Below, piece by piece: positions 9,154 to 18,174 of a DNA stretch of 49,580 nt. This stretch comes from a virus (lineage: Duplodnaviria > Caudoviricetes), in the IMG/VR virus record IMGVR_UViG_3300010366_000003, positions 1 through 49,580 of that record, one strand, 5' to 3'. The notes beneath the pieces were generated by a model. It saw only the letters and a program-made list of their open reading frames with translations. It was not told the DNA's origin and searched no databases. The number at the start of each line of letters is the position of its first letter. Positions within the stretch are counted from its first letter, which is position 1. Both the position numbers and the translations under genes were made by a program.

Positions 9154-10310
9154 TGACGACGACGAGCAACGAGTACACGCTCTATATCGACGGCTCTACG
9201 TACTATGCAACGGACCTCATCACCGCTAATACTATATCAAACGCGAGCTTTTCGGGGCTATTCTCGACGCTGAACACGAATCTGGGCACAGCGGGAGGGA
9301 GGCTATTCGTGAGACCTGGGACCTATGCCATCGACGGCCAGCTCAACCTCACGCATCCTATTAACATAATGGGGGCAGGCCGGGGAAGAACCGTCTTTCA
9401 GAGGCAAATGTCTGCGTCCTCCACAACCATCAACATAGGCACGGTGACGGGAGTCACATTTTCCAAATTCACAGTAGACGGAAATTATCCTACCAACACG
9501 AGCAACCTATTCGCAGAGATCGCCAATAGCTCAGGAACGGACATCCTATTTGACGACTTAGAGGTCAAGAACTTTAACAACAGAGCGATAAACAACAGCG
9601 GTCCTCGTGCGGTCATCCGGAACTGCATTATGGGACCAAGCACAAACACGGGTTCCAACACGACGGGCGCGTTTTTCTCAGGGGCGAACGCCACGACGAT
9701 ACTCGACGGCTGTACGATTGCGGGCAATGCAGGCGGGGCCGTCTTCGCGATGGGAAGAACGATAGTCGAGCGATGCTACATCGGCAATAACACGTTTACA
9801 TATGGCGGAGGCCAGGTCGCAAACGGCGGCTCGGCCACGACACTAATCGTCAAAGACTGCATTATTGATCCCGGCCCGGGCTCCGCAACGGACTCTGGCA
9901 TCGAATTCGGCCCGCTGACAACCGGGATCGTACCCGAAATGTTCGCGGCAATAGGCAACAGACTAAACGGCGGCATGGGCGAGGGAATAGTGACCGATCC
10001 GACCGTGGGCGATCTCCCGCTGCTCATCAAGGACAATATCGTCAAGAACTACCACGCCGCCGGTATTCTGATGTGGGGAGCAAGCCAGAAGCACTTTGCC
10101 ATAACAGGGAACATATGTTACGACGACCAGGCCACACCAACGCAAACGTACGGTATACTGATAGGGAATCCGTCAGGAGCCGACGCGACGCCATCAAACG
10201 CAGACTATTACATCATGAAGGACAATATTTGCTATGGTAACGTAAACGGGCAGTGGCTCGACATGGGCACGGGAACCCATAAGGTAGTAAAAGATAACAT
10301 CACGCAATGA
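9153..10310 (+). CDS. Right-handed beta-helix (pectate-lyase-like) protein A
   Basis: Probable ATG at 9153 (TAATG overlap); GGRLFVRPGTY, INIMGAGRG, TVDGN and repeated ITGNICY/IKDNIV coils. Confidence 0.8.
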   Translation: MTTTSNEYTLYIDGSTYYATDLITANTISNASFSGLFSTLNTNLGTAGGRLFVRPGTYAIDGQLNLTHPINIMGAGRGRTVFQRQMSASSTTINIGTVTGVTFSKFTVDGNYPTNTSNLFAEIANSSGTDILFDDLEVKNFNNRAINNSGPRAVIRNCIMGPSTNTGSNTTGAFFSGANATTILDGCTIAGNAGGAVFAMGRTIVERCYIGNNTFTYGGGQVANGGSATTLIVKDCIIDPGPGSATDSGIEFGPLTTGIVPEMFAAIGNRLNGGMGEGIVTDPTVGDLPLLIKDNIVKNYHAAGILMWGASQKHFAITGNICYDDQATPTQTYGILIGNPSGADATPSNADYYIMKDNICYGNVNGQWLDMGTGTHKVVKDNITQ

Positions 10311-11428
10311 CGGCCACAAGCAACGACTACACGCTCTATGTCGATGGCCCGACGTACTACGCTAAGGATCTAGTGACAGGTAACACGCTATCGAACGCCA
10401 GCTTTTCGTCACTCATAGCGGCACTAAACACCGCGCTAGGAGCCGCAGGCGGCAGAGTGTACATCCGTGGCGGAACGTACAACCTCGACGCCCAGATAAC
10501 GATTACCCATCCTATCGACTTCCTGGGAGCGGGCAGAGGCAAGGCGATACTTCTGAGGACCACTGCGGTGAACGGCACGACAATCCAGTTCAATACCCCC
10601 GGCGTGAACATCTCCGGGCTTACAATCGACGGCAACTACCCGACCCAGAACATTAACCAATTCGCCGAACTTGCATTTGGCACCGGCGCCGGGGGGATTC
10701 TGGTCAACGACATAGAGATAAGGAACTTCAAGACAAGGGGCATCAACAACAGCAACAATGGGGCCGGTCCGGTAGTCATCTCCAATTGCGTCATAGGGCC
10801 GTCCACGTCCTCGCTTGCCGCCGCGCTTTTCTCCGGCGTGAATACCAACACGATAGTCGACAGCTGCAATATTTCCGGTCTGCTAGGCGGCGGCCCGTTT
10901 TTTGGGGGCCGCGGCATAATCTCCAAGTGCGTACTTGCCAATAATACCGGGACGGCCGCAGGAGGCGATGTCGCCGCTACAACGGACGGCACCTATCTCG
11001 GGGTGTTCGACTGTATAATAGGCCCAGGCCCGGGAACGATCGACGACTCCGGCATCGAGCTAGGTCCCACGAACACCCCGACCACGTACGAATGCATCGG
11101 AAACGTAATTTTTAGCAAGAACGGCGCCGGGATCACATCGGACCCGGGAGCTACCGCGCCCGTAATTGCGGTCGGTAACGTGATCTTTAACATGGGCAAA
11201 AGCGGGATTAAGATGCAGGGGACCGGCCAGAGCCATTTCCTAATAGCGAAAAACATCTGCTACAATAACCAAGCCTGTGGCGTGGACATATCCACCTCGG
11301 CAGGCGCGCCGATTGGTGTAGACAGTTACACCGTAAAGGACAACATTCTGTACGGCAACGTACTAGCACAATGGCAGGATATGGGCACGGGCACACACAA
11401 GAAGATAAAGGACAACATAGTACTGTAG
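10307..11428 (+). CDS. Right-handed beta-helix protein B (paralogue of A)
   Basis: ATGA overlap; similar N-terminus (SN.YTLY.DG.TYYA.DL) and C-terminus (W.DMGTGTHK..KDNI). Confidence 0.8.
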   Translation: MTATSNDYTLYVDGPTYYAKDLVTGNTLSNASFSSLIAALNTALGAAGGRVYIRGGTYNLDAQITITHPIDFLGAGRGKAILLRTTAVNGTTIQFNTPGVNISGLTIDGNYPTQNINQFAELAFGTGAGGILVNDIEIRNFKTRGINNSNNGAGPVVISNCVIGPSTSSLAAALFSGVNTNTIVDSCNISGLLGGGPFFGGRGIISKCVLANNTGTAAGGDVAATTDGTYLGVFDCIIGPGPGTIDDSGIELGPTNTPTTYECIGNVIFSKNGAGITSDPGATAPVIAVGNVIFNMGKSGIKMQGTGQSHFLIAKNICYNNQACGVDISTSAGAPIGVDSYTVKDNILYGNVLAQWQDMGTGTHKKIKDNIVL

Positions 11429-11454
11429 TAGAAAAAAAGCCGCTTTAGTCGCGG

Positions 11455-12789
11455 ATGGTTCACGTCCGCGCTTTTCTAATCAACAGCAAGCAGAACGCAA
11501 GAGGCTGGCGCGTCAATGCGACGACGCTAGTCAGAAACGTCTTATCATTTATCAAAAGGCCGCTTATCCTAAAGCGATATGCCGATGGCCGCATCGATCA
11601 CCGCGAGTGGGATAGCTCGCTTTCCGCATCTGACAATTTCCGCGACCAAGAGCGTAATGCTATCGGGCACATTGACCGTGTGCTCTACGACAGGGATACC
11701 GACTCCTATTATGCTGACATCGACATAACGAATCCAGCTGCCGAGAACTGGATCAGGGCGTACAATGGCAGCAAGATCCCGATTGCCGTCAGTCCTCAAA
11801 TTATCTACGACCGACGCAAAGAGACGGCGACCGATATTAAGGAGTGGTTCGGCTCTCACCTAGCAATAGTTGGAGCAGGGGCTTACGGTCCTCAAGCCGT
11901 CGCTACGAATCTATGCGAAGGCGATTGCCCTATCGATCTGCCAAAAGGAGCAAACGCGTCCGGCTTCGTCATAGCGAGTAACTATTGCGAGGACGCACCA
12001 ATCCCGGTAGTCAACTGGCTGCAAGCAGCTAGCGCTAATTTCGATACTTCTCTAGGGGCTTCTGACGGTCAAATTTCTCTTAGTAATATGTCGATGACAG
12101 AAGTTACGCCGCCAGGCCAACAAACGCCGGCGGCTACGGGGCCTCAACCTAGCAATAGCCCGCAGAAAGAGGCTCCGTTTATCAAGGACGTACCGACGAC
12201 TAGAGCGCCGGTCACAGTCCCACAAGCGCCAGCAACAGAGCAGAAACCAACGGAGCAAAACGTCGATTATAAGCAGCTATCCGAACAACTCAAGACCGAG
12301 CTTGAGAGCGCAAAGCTCAAGATAGCAGAAGGCCAGACGCTACGCGACACGCTAACGGAGCACGAAAAGAAGCTAGCCAAGTACGACGCGGACACCCGCG
12401 AGCGCAACGTGAGAGATATGATCCCGGTATTCTTGCCAGAATTCCTAGACAAGAAGGGCCTCATAAACAGCGAGGCAGTCGACGGCAAGGTCAAGGACTT
12501 TTTGAAGAGAGGGTTCACCCCCGAGGACGTGCGCTATATGTATGCCGAGAAGGTCGCAGCTTTTGAGGATGCGCTAAACGCCGGAAGCAATGGCAAAGGC
12601 GGGTGCAGCTGTGGAAAAGGCGAAACTGCCGCGGCAAGCGGGTCTATGAACTATCCGGTGCCAGAAATTCAGGTGCCAGCAGAACAGCAGCCACCGCAGA
12701 CCCGAGAAAAGCCTTGGTTCGTTAACGCTGCCAAGTTCCTGGACTCCAAAAATGGTCAGTTCTCAAAGCGACCGGGACGGGTGCTCTGA
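11455..12789 (+). CDS. Prohead protease-scaffold fusion (Mu gpI/gpZ-like)
   Basis: IDH (H49), AVSPQI (S113) and HLAIVG.GAYG motifs, then a P/T/Q linker and coiled coil; upstream of decoration and capsid genes. Confidence 0.75.
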   Translation: MVHVRAFLINSKQNARGWRVNATTLVRNVLSFIKRPLILKRYADGRIDHREWDSSLSASDNFRDQERNAIGHIDRVLYDRDTDSYYADIDITNPAAENWIRAYNGSKIPIAVSPQIIYDRRKETATDIKEWFGSHLAIVGAGAYGPQAVATNLCEGDCPIDLPKGANASGFVIASNYCEDAPIPVVNWLQAASANFDTSLGASDGQISLSNMSMTEVTPPGQQTPAATGPQPSNSPQKEAPFIKDVPTTRAPVTVPQAPATEQKPTEQNVDYKQLSEQLKTELESAKLKIAEGQTLRDTLTEHEKKLAKYDADTRERNVRDMIPVFLPEFLDKKGLINSEAVDGKVKDFLKRGFTPEDVRYMYAEKVAAFEDALNAGSNGKGGCSCGKGETAAASGSMNYPVPEIQVPAEQQPPQTREKPWFVNAAKFLDSKNGQFSKRPGRVL

Positions 12790-12792
12790 TTC

Positions 12793-13260
12793 ATGGTACA
12801 GACAGCAGGGCAAGCAGTAACCTACGACATCGTAGGCACAGCAGAGCCCGGCGATTTTACAGTTAGACAGTACAACAAGACCGCGCCAGCAGCAACGGCA
12901 GGCAAAGTCTTCGCGCTGACCAACACCGTGACCCCGAACTCCTTCCAGCAAGCAGGAGCCGCAGACGTGAGGCCGTTCATAGTCGTGTCCCAGCAATCCG
13001 GCTTAGGAACAAGCGGCCAGTTGAACAGCCCAACGGTCCTAGCATTTGCAGAGGGCCAGGTCTACGTTATAGCGGGCGGAGCAATTCAACCAGGCAGCTA
13101 TGTGATGCCAGACGGTAGCGGCAACGTCATAGCCTACAGCGGCGCGCTTGATAACAAGGTCGGAAAAATGCTTCATCTGCCAGGCGACGATGGCGCGTCT
13201 AGTCAAAAGAAAGCAGCGGCGACCAACGACGTGATCCTTATCGATCTCAATGAGGTGTAA
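12793..13260 (+). CDS. Capsid decoration/cement protein
   Basis: EGQVYVIAGGAIQPGSYVMPDGSG...VGK...AAATNDVILIDL beta-clip pattern; between scaffold and capsid genes. Confidence 0.75.
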   Translation: MVQTAGQAVTYDIVGTAEPGDFTVRQYNKTAPAATAGKVFALTNTVTPNSFQQAGAADVRPFIVVSQQSGLGTSGQLNSPTVLAFAEGQVYVIAGGAIQPGSYVMPDGSGNVIAYSGALDNKVGKMLHLPGDDGASSQKKAAATNDVILIDLNEV

Positions 13261-13268
13261 AAAGAAAA

Positions 13269-14552
13269 ATGATGGCTAATCCCAACCAAGTAGCGGCCTA
13301 CCAGGCGTACAAGAACAAGCAGAATGAAGAGCTTGCGCATTTTATGAACTTGCAAAGCATGGAGGGCGTCGCTAAGCAAACTTTCCTAAAGGAGAGACAG
13401 GCCGACAAACTTCGCAATTCAAAATCAGCATGGTTCTACCCAGGCTATGAAGAGGCAAAGGACGAACGAACCGGCAAGGTCCTAAAACCTCGCACTATTT
13501 ACATAGGCGAGACGGAAGACCGAGCAAGGCCAACATGGGAGGTACCGATCGTTAACGGTCAAGCCCTGGCCGATATCATAACAGAGAACAAGAGCGGTCA
13601 AGCAGCAAGCGCAAGCATGGACAAGAAGCGTGACAATTTCATTTCGCCCTGGGCGACAGAATTCGCAGAGGACGCGTATAACTGGTATACCGCTGCAAGT
13701 GCTGGCATGATGACTACCGCAGACTTTCCCGTTATGCAGCTTGTCACTACATTCACGGACATCCTAAACGTCGAGCAGCGAGTCTTTACACTGGACCAAG
13801 CGGTGACGCAGAAGCAGACAAACGTGTTGAAAATTATGGTCGCGGAGTATAACAGATTTGGAATAACCGAAGAAATAGGCGAGCTTGAAACCCCCGACAC
13901 TAGAAAGGGCAACTTCAGCACGACGACCTTCACTCTCGGGAAGGCAGGCGGTCACGTTGCATGGTCCGACGAGTTCTCGATGGTAAACTGGATCGACGAC
14001 CCGCAAAGATACGCGACCCAGAACATGGCAAGCGACATCGTCCGTGTGAAAGTAAAGAAGATAGCAGCGATACTGGCAACGGCCTCAGTCACAACGGGCG
14101 GCTCTAGTTGGAACGCATACAAAGCAACCGGCGCTGTCGATACCTCAAATGTTAACCCATTACTGCAAGTCCTCACAGCGGCCAAAGAAATCGATGGCAA
14201 CTATGGAGTAGCCAACGTACTAGCATGTTCGCAGCTTACGTACAACGCCTACTTAGGCAACACATACGTCTTGCCACTAATCAGTACGCCACAGGACATA
14301 AGCCCGCTAGTAGGAACTGTGAACGGTCCTAAAGGCATGCCAGACTATACGCTATACATCGACCGCTCGATAGCCGACGGGATTATGTACGTCTATTCGC
14401 GCGATGCCGTGTGGTTCGTACAAGGACCAGCGAGGACAAGCACTTACAGGGACGAGTTACCTGGAGCGCAGGGCGTCTTATTTAGAGACTGGCACAAAGC
14501 AGTCGTACGGAAAGCAGGATGGCTCAGACAGTTGACGGCGCTAACACCATGA
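13269..14552 (+). CDS. Major capsid protein (HK97 fold) with long N-terminal extension
   Basis: IGELETP...FSTTTFTLGKAGGHVAWSDEF E-loop/backbone pattern; size and synteny. Confidence 0.85.
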   Translation: MMANPNQVAAYQAYKNKQNEELAHFMNLQSMEGVAKQTFLKERQADKLRNSKSAWFYPGYEEAKDERTGKVLKPRTIYIGETEDRARPTWEVPIVNGQALADIITENKSGQAASASMDKKRDNFISPWATEFAEDAYNWYTAASAGMMTTADFPVMQLVTTFTDILNVEQRVFTLDQAVTQKQTNVLKIMVAEYNRFGITEEIGELETPDTRKGNFSTTTFTLGKAGGHVAWSDEFSMVNWIDDPQRYATQNMASDIVRVKVKKIAAILATASVTTGGSSWNAYKATGAVDTSNVNPLLQVLTAAKEIDGNYGVANVLACSQLTYNAYLGNTYVLPLISTPQDISPLVGTVNGPKGMPDYTLYIDRSIADGIMYVYSRDAVWFVQGPARTSTYRDELPGAQGVLFRDWHKAVVRKAGWLRQLTALTP

Positions 14553-14761
14553 GCAGCGGCGAAGAACCTCCAGCAGCAACAACAACAGCAACAACAGCAA
14601 CAACAGCGACGCCAACAACGATAGACGCGGAGAGCGCAATGCTCTACAGCGACGCCGATCTAAAGAACCAGCTCGGGATATTGATCCGCGAAGCCCTTAG
14701 ACGTGGCATCGCCCTAATGGTACAGGACTTCGCCTCCCCACCACCACCACCAGCGACATAG
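14549..14761 (+). CDS. Small low-complexity protein after the capsid gene
   Basis: ATGA overlap with the capsid stop; ATT repeats and poly-P. Confidence 0.55.
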   Translation: MSSGEEPPAATTTATTATTATPTTIDAESAMLYSDADLKNQLGILIREALRRGIALMVQDFASPPPPPAT

Positions 14762-14798
14762 GGAAAGGTTTTACACAACCGTACCTATCCCTAATTTT

Positions 14799-15344
14799 AT
14801 GCATTCAAAAAGTTTAGCGGCAGCCGCGCTTATCGTCCTGCTAGCGTCCATCATGATCATAGGAGCGCAGACAGCGACGGCGAAGCCAGTCATAAAAATA
14901 AGACACCCAGCCGAAGGCGAGAGAGATCCCGCCAATACGGCGATTACGGTCGTGGGCTCAAGTGCTCCCTCAAATGCGACAAGACCCAATTGCATTGTCT
15001 CAATACAGGTTGACGGCAACGGTTACTTTGCAGTGACACCGCAGGGCCTGCCCCCCAATGAGACGCCCTATCAGACTTGGGCCGGAATTCTTCCACCACA
15101 ACCACAAGGCGAGCACCAAATGGAAGCACAACTGGTATGTCACAACGCAAAAGGTAGCGTGGTCTTCGAGAAACACCTTACCCGGCACTTTGTCGCTTAC
15201 ATTATTCCAATTGGGCCATCAGGAGAGGGCGGAGTAGCGAAAGTCCCGCCGTTACCAGCAGCTAACGCGACTACTACTACGAACGCAACAGAAGGAAAAT
15301 CGATCCTAAGTAATGCGACCACGTCGCCTCCGTTGTTGAAGTAA
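14799..15344 (+). CDS. Secreted Ig-like protein of Nitrososphaeraceae type
   Basis: Signal peptide; IKIRHPAEG...ITVVGSS...NAT...C.VSI...W...EAQLVC pattern; 5 NxT sequons; own TATA-like TTTTA at 14769. Confidence 0.7.
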   Translation: MHSKSLAAAALIVLLASIMIIGAQTATAKPVIKIRHPAEGERDPANTAITVVGSSAPSNATRPNCIVSIQVDGNGYFAVTPQGLPPNETPYQTWAGILPPQPQGEHQMEAQLVCHNAKGSVVFEKHLTRHFVAYIIPIGPSGEGGVAKVPPLPAANATTTTNATEGKSILSNATTSPPLLK

Positions 15345-15348
15345 TAAT

Positions 15349-15894
15349 TTGGTTCACCCAAAGACAATCGAAGAGTACGAGCGGCTCAAGATCAGCGACC
15401 AGTACGAAGAGACTGCGCACGATTCCCACCTGAAGAGCGTGAGGGAAATAACCAAGAACGACAAAGCCCCCAAGACATTCGTAACAGACGTTTACCGCGT
15501 ACGCGTCGCAGACGAATACGGTACAGAGTCCGAGTACATCATTTGGCAGCAAGACGTAGTCGCAAAGACCGACATCGATAACACCTACAGATGGCACGAG
15601 GACGCCAGCGATACCTCCATCTACTACACGCCGGTAGTCGAGAAGGCCGTCAGGCTTAACCCGGACACAGAGCAATCGGAGACCTACGTTAAGCAGATGC
15701 GAGGGCTTGAGACGCATTACCAGTACCCGTTCGAGCAAAAAAACATCGACATGATCAAAAAGAAGGTCACACTTGCGACGCGCTATTATGCAAGGGATAA
15801 CTCTGGCTTTACGCGAGCAGTCACCAACTTCGCCGACTGGTCCACTCGCAGCTTTGACGAGCTGATAAGAGGATCCTCCGCCCCCAAAACTTGA
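15349..15894 (+). CDS. Hypothetical protein
   Basis: 181-aa ORF with TTG start and genome-like codon use. Confidence 0.7.
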   Translation: MVHPKTIEEYERLKISDQYEETAHDSHLKSVREITKNDKAPKTFVTDVYRVRVADEYGTESEYIIWQQDVVAKTDIDNTYRWHEDASDTSIYYTPVVEKAVRLNPDTEQSETYVKQMRGLETHYQYPFEQKNIDMIKKKVTLATRYYARDNSGFTRAVTNFADWSTRSFDELIRGSSAPKT

Positions 15895-15895
15895 A

Positions 15896-16024
15896 TTGAA
15901 GGCCAAGGTCTGGATCGTATCGGACGCCAAGACGAATCAGGTTAAGCGGGTAGTAGACACCCACACCAAGGCAATCATGTCAAAAGGATTTGACGAATAC
16001 GTCCAAGAATTCGAGGTTCTCTAA
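15896..16024 (+). CDS. 42-aa hypothetical microprotein
   Basis: TTG 15896, MKAKVWIVSDAKTNQVKRVVDTHTKAIMSKGFDEYVQEFEVL*; fills the gap exactly. Confidence 0.45.
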   Translation: MKAKVWIVSDAKTNQVKRVVDTHTKAIMSKGFDEYVQEFEVL

Positions 16025-16431
16025 ATGCCGCCGCCAGTATCGATAATGGATCTGCCATGTTGTTGTGGGCCTATCAGGAGATGGCTGTTGCCGCTTGCAA
16101 ACAATGGATGCTTAGTCTGATCGATTATTGCGTTGCCCTGCTTGAGAACGTCTTTTATGAGCTGCTGGTTTTGAAGCGTCGCATTGCCGACCTTGACACT
16201 AAGCAGCTCGACCTTCTGTAATTCCTGGATCTCATCCACCGACCGAATCGTTGCTAACACGCCGGTCGCAGCGATCCCGGCAAGCAGCAGGACGAAATAG
16301 ACACGCTGCTCACTGGTACGCGCTCCCCTTTTTCTTATCCACCACCCAGAAACCCGGACAAGCAGAGCCGCAAAGGCTACGATGCTCAGGTCTTGCCCTA
16401 TTGCTATGGCGGCATCAATCTGTAATACCAA
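16021..16431 (-). CDS. Membrane protein (2 TM segments plus coiled region)
   Basis: Hydrophobic segments LSIVAFAALLVRV and VYFVLLLAGIAATGVLATI. Confidence 0.65.
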   Translation of the reverse strand: MVLQIDAAIAIGQDLSIVAFAALLVRVSGWWIRKRGARTSEQRVYFVLLLAGIAATGVLATIRSVDEIQELQKVELLSVKVGNATLQNQQLIKDVLKQGNAIIDQTKHPLFASGNSHLLIGPQQHGRSIIDTGGGI

Positions 16432-16439
16432 AAATAACC

Positions 16440-16937
16440 CTAGACGACTACTGCGGCCTTCGCATAGATGAGCTGTACATCAATCGAATGATGAAACACG
16501 TTAGACGCAGGATCCTGCTCCTTAAGCTCCATAGTCCGGAATAGCTGCATTTGTTGTATGCCAGAGCCCTTCAAGCCGTCCTCGTTCGTCTGCACCAGCT
16601 GCTCGATAAAGGCCGACGCGGCTGCCAGGCCCGGAGGATAGACCCACTGCATTGACATATCGAACATATCCAGCACCACAAGGCTACGATAAGCAATAAG
16701 GCCAGGCATCAGTCCCAAAGCCTGGATCTGTACTTGATTAATGATCTCAGTCGCAGCAACATGCAGACCCGGCGTACCAGTCCACCACGTCCTCCACTTC
16801 ACAGTATCAACGGCCGGCATGTTCGGAGAAAAGCCAGCATCCCAGTTATCGATAATGTAATCGAGCAGTATATCCCTAGCCCGGTTCGTACCCATGAGGT
16901 CGGAGTTAGCGCCGGATGTGACTAGGATCTTAGCCAA
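16440..16937 (-). CDS. Probable tail terminator / tail-completion protein
   Basis: ARDILLDYIIDNW...VVLDMF...VFHHSIDVQLIY pattern and size fit gp17/gpU-like proteins; adjacent to the adaptor. Confidence 0.55.
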   Translation of the reverse strand: MAKILVTSGANSDLMGTNRARDILLDYIIDNWDAGFSPNMPAVDTVKWRTWWTGTPGLHVAATEIINQVQIQALGLMPGLIAYRSLVVLDMFDMSMQWVYPPGLAAASAFIEQLVQTNEDGLKGSGIQQMQLFRTMELKEQDPASNVFHHSIDVQLIYAKAAVVV

Positions 16938-17384
16938 TCAGAGAATCCACGTGCCATAAACGACGTCGGCATATGATGGCATAGCACCGCCGCGCGATTT
17001 CGTTTCGAATCTGTAGACGGCGTCAGGATTAAGCGGGTAAGTCTGATAGTCGCCGACCTCGATCATAGGCGAGCCTGTCTGTGGATCGACGTCTGTGTCA
17101 CGCGCAATAATGTTATCGCAGAGAGCGATCGCTGCGTTAAGCGAGTTCTTTGCATTAGCGGCCTGTACCGGGAATTTGTTATTGATCATGAACAAGGCAA
17201 ACTGCTCGCTTGCAGTCTGAAACGTTGGGTATTCGGGATTGCTAGGATCTGGGACCGCACCAACACGCCTCAAGACCTCCGAGTCCCCAAAAGCAATAGC
17301 CGCTGTGATCTCCGCGTCAGATACTAGGCCCGTGCCTGGATTACCAAGCAGCGCCCTAAGCTCCGTTGGATCTGCTATCGTCAT
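16938..17384 (-). CDS. Head-tail adaptor (HK97 gp6 / SPP1 gp15 / Mu gp36-like)
   Basis: ADPTELRALLG...SDAEITAAIAFGDSEV; ATG at 17384 (TGATG overlap). Confidence 0.65.
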   Translation of the reverse strand: MTIADPTELRALLGNPGTGLVSDAEITAAIAFGDSEVLRRVGAVPDPSNPEYPTFQTASEQFALFMINNKFPVQAANAKNSLNAAIALCDNIIARDTDVDPQTGSPMIEVGDYQTYPLNPDAVYRFETKSRGGAMPSYADVVYGTWIL

Positions 17385-18124
17385 CAAACGGGCTTATGCG
17401 TCGCGTCCCATCTGTGAATTAACTTCGCCTCATAGGGCACAAGCCACTTTTGATATTGCTGCCGAGCGTCTTGATGCTCGGCTGTACGCAGCTCATGGTC
17501 ATGTCGAAACTTCACGGACTTGATAATCTCGAGGCTAGGCACTTGAGGCACTTTATGATAAAGGTGCGTCGGGTCCTTCATGCGATAATAATAGTGCGCG
17601 CCCTTGTAGTACTCCAAGTTATACGGTTGATACCAAAGCCGCGGATAGTGCGAGTACTCGACGTCGCCTTCTTTCATCCAGACGTCGCCATGTCTAACTT
17701 GGTTATCGTACGCCCTCGCCGCAACTTGGATATAGATAGAGAATACATGGTGCCGACCAGCATACTGGAGCTGTACAACACGGTACGCCTCTTCCCTGAA
17801 GGCCTGCCAACTCGCCCTATCTGCATTCTGCGCGTACTCGTCCGTGTCAAGGATTACAAGATAGTCACATCCGTACTTTGCGCATAGCCGCAGATACTCG
17901 GCCCGCTTTTGTGGCTCAGGCCACGGCGCGTCTAGCAAGATAGCGTTGCTATAGCTTTTCACAACCTCGCGGCTGCCGTCCGCGGACAGGTCGGTCTTAC
18001 CCGGACGGTTCGGGAATTTCCCGTCCAAGCAAAACATGTAATCAAAGCCCAGATGTATCGATTCAAGCAGCCGCGCTAGGCCGTCACGATCTTCGAAGAA
18101 TATGATCCCAGCGGCAAACCTCAA
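17384..18124 (-). CDS. Glycosyltransferase family 2-like (GT-A fold)
   Basis: IIFFEDRDGLARLLESI...CLDG...SADGS...YLVILDTDEY (DxD motif). Confidence 0.8.
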   Translation of the reverse strand: MRFAAGIIFFEDRDGLARLLESIHLGFDYMFCLDGKFPNRPGKTDLSADGSREVVKSYSNAILLDAPWPEPQKRAEYLRLCAKYGCDYLVILDTDEYAQNADRASWQAFREEAYRVVQLQYAGRHHVFSIYIQVAARAYDNQVRHGDVWMKEGDVEYSHYPRLWYQPYNLEYYKGAHYYYRMKDPTHLYHKVPQVPSLEIIKSVKFRHDHELRTAEHQDARQQYQKWLVPYEAKLIHRWDATHKPV

Positions 18125-18174
18125 TTTTGCTTAGTTGTCACAAGCGGATTTGCGATTCAAAACAAACAACAAAC

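Noticed and set aside
15277-15930. 217-aa minus-strand ORF and many other antisense or alternative-frame ORFs in the track
   Set aside because: They are shadow ORFs of well-supported genes and have no motifs of their own
15978-18158. Degenerate direct similarity flanking the inverted cassette (TGTCAAAAGGATTTGACGAAT vs TGTCACAAGCGGATTTGCGATT) and a weak inverted match (AATTCGAGGTT / AACCTCAATT)
   Set aside because: The alignments need gaps, one copy lies in a small ORF, and no recombinase is encoded; not enough for an invertible segment
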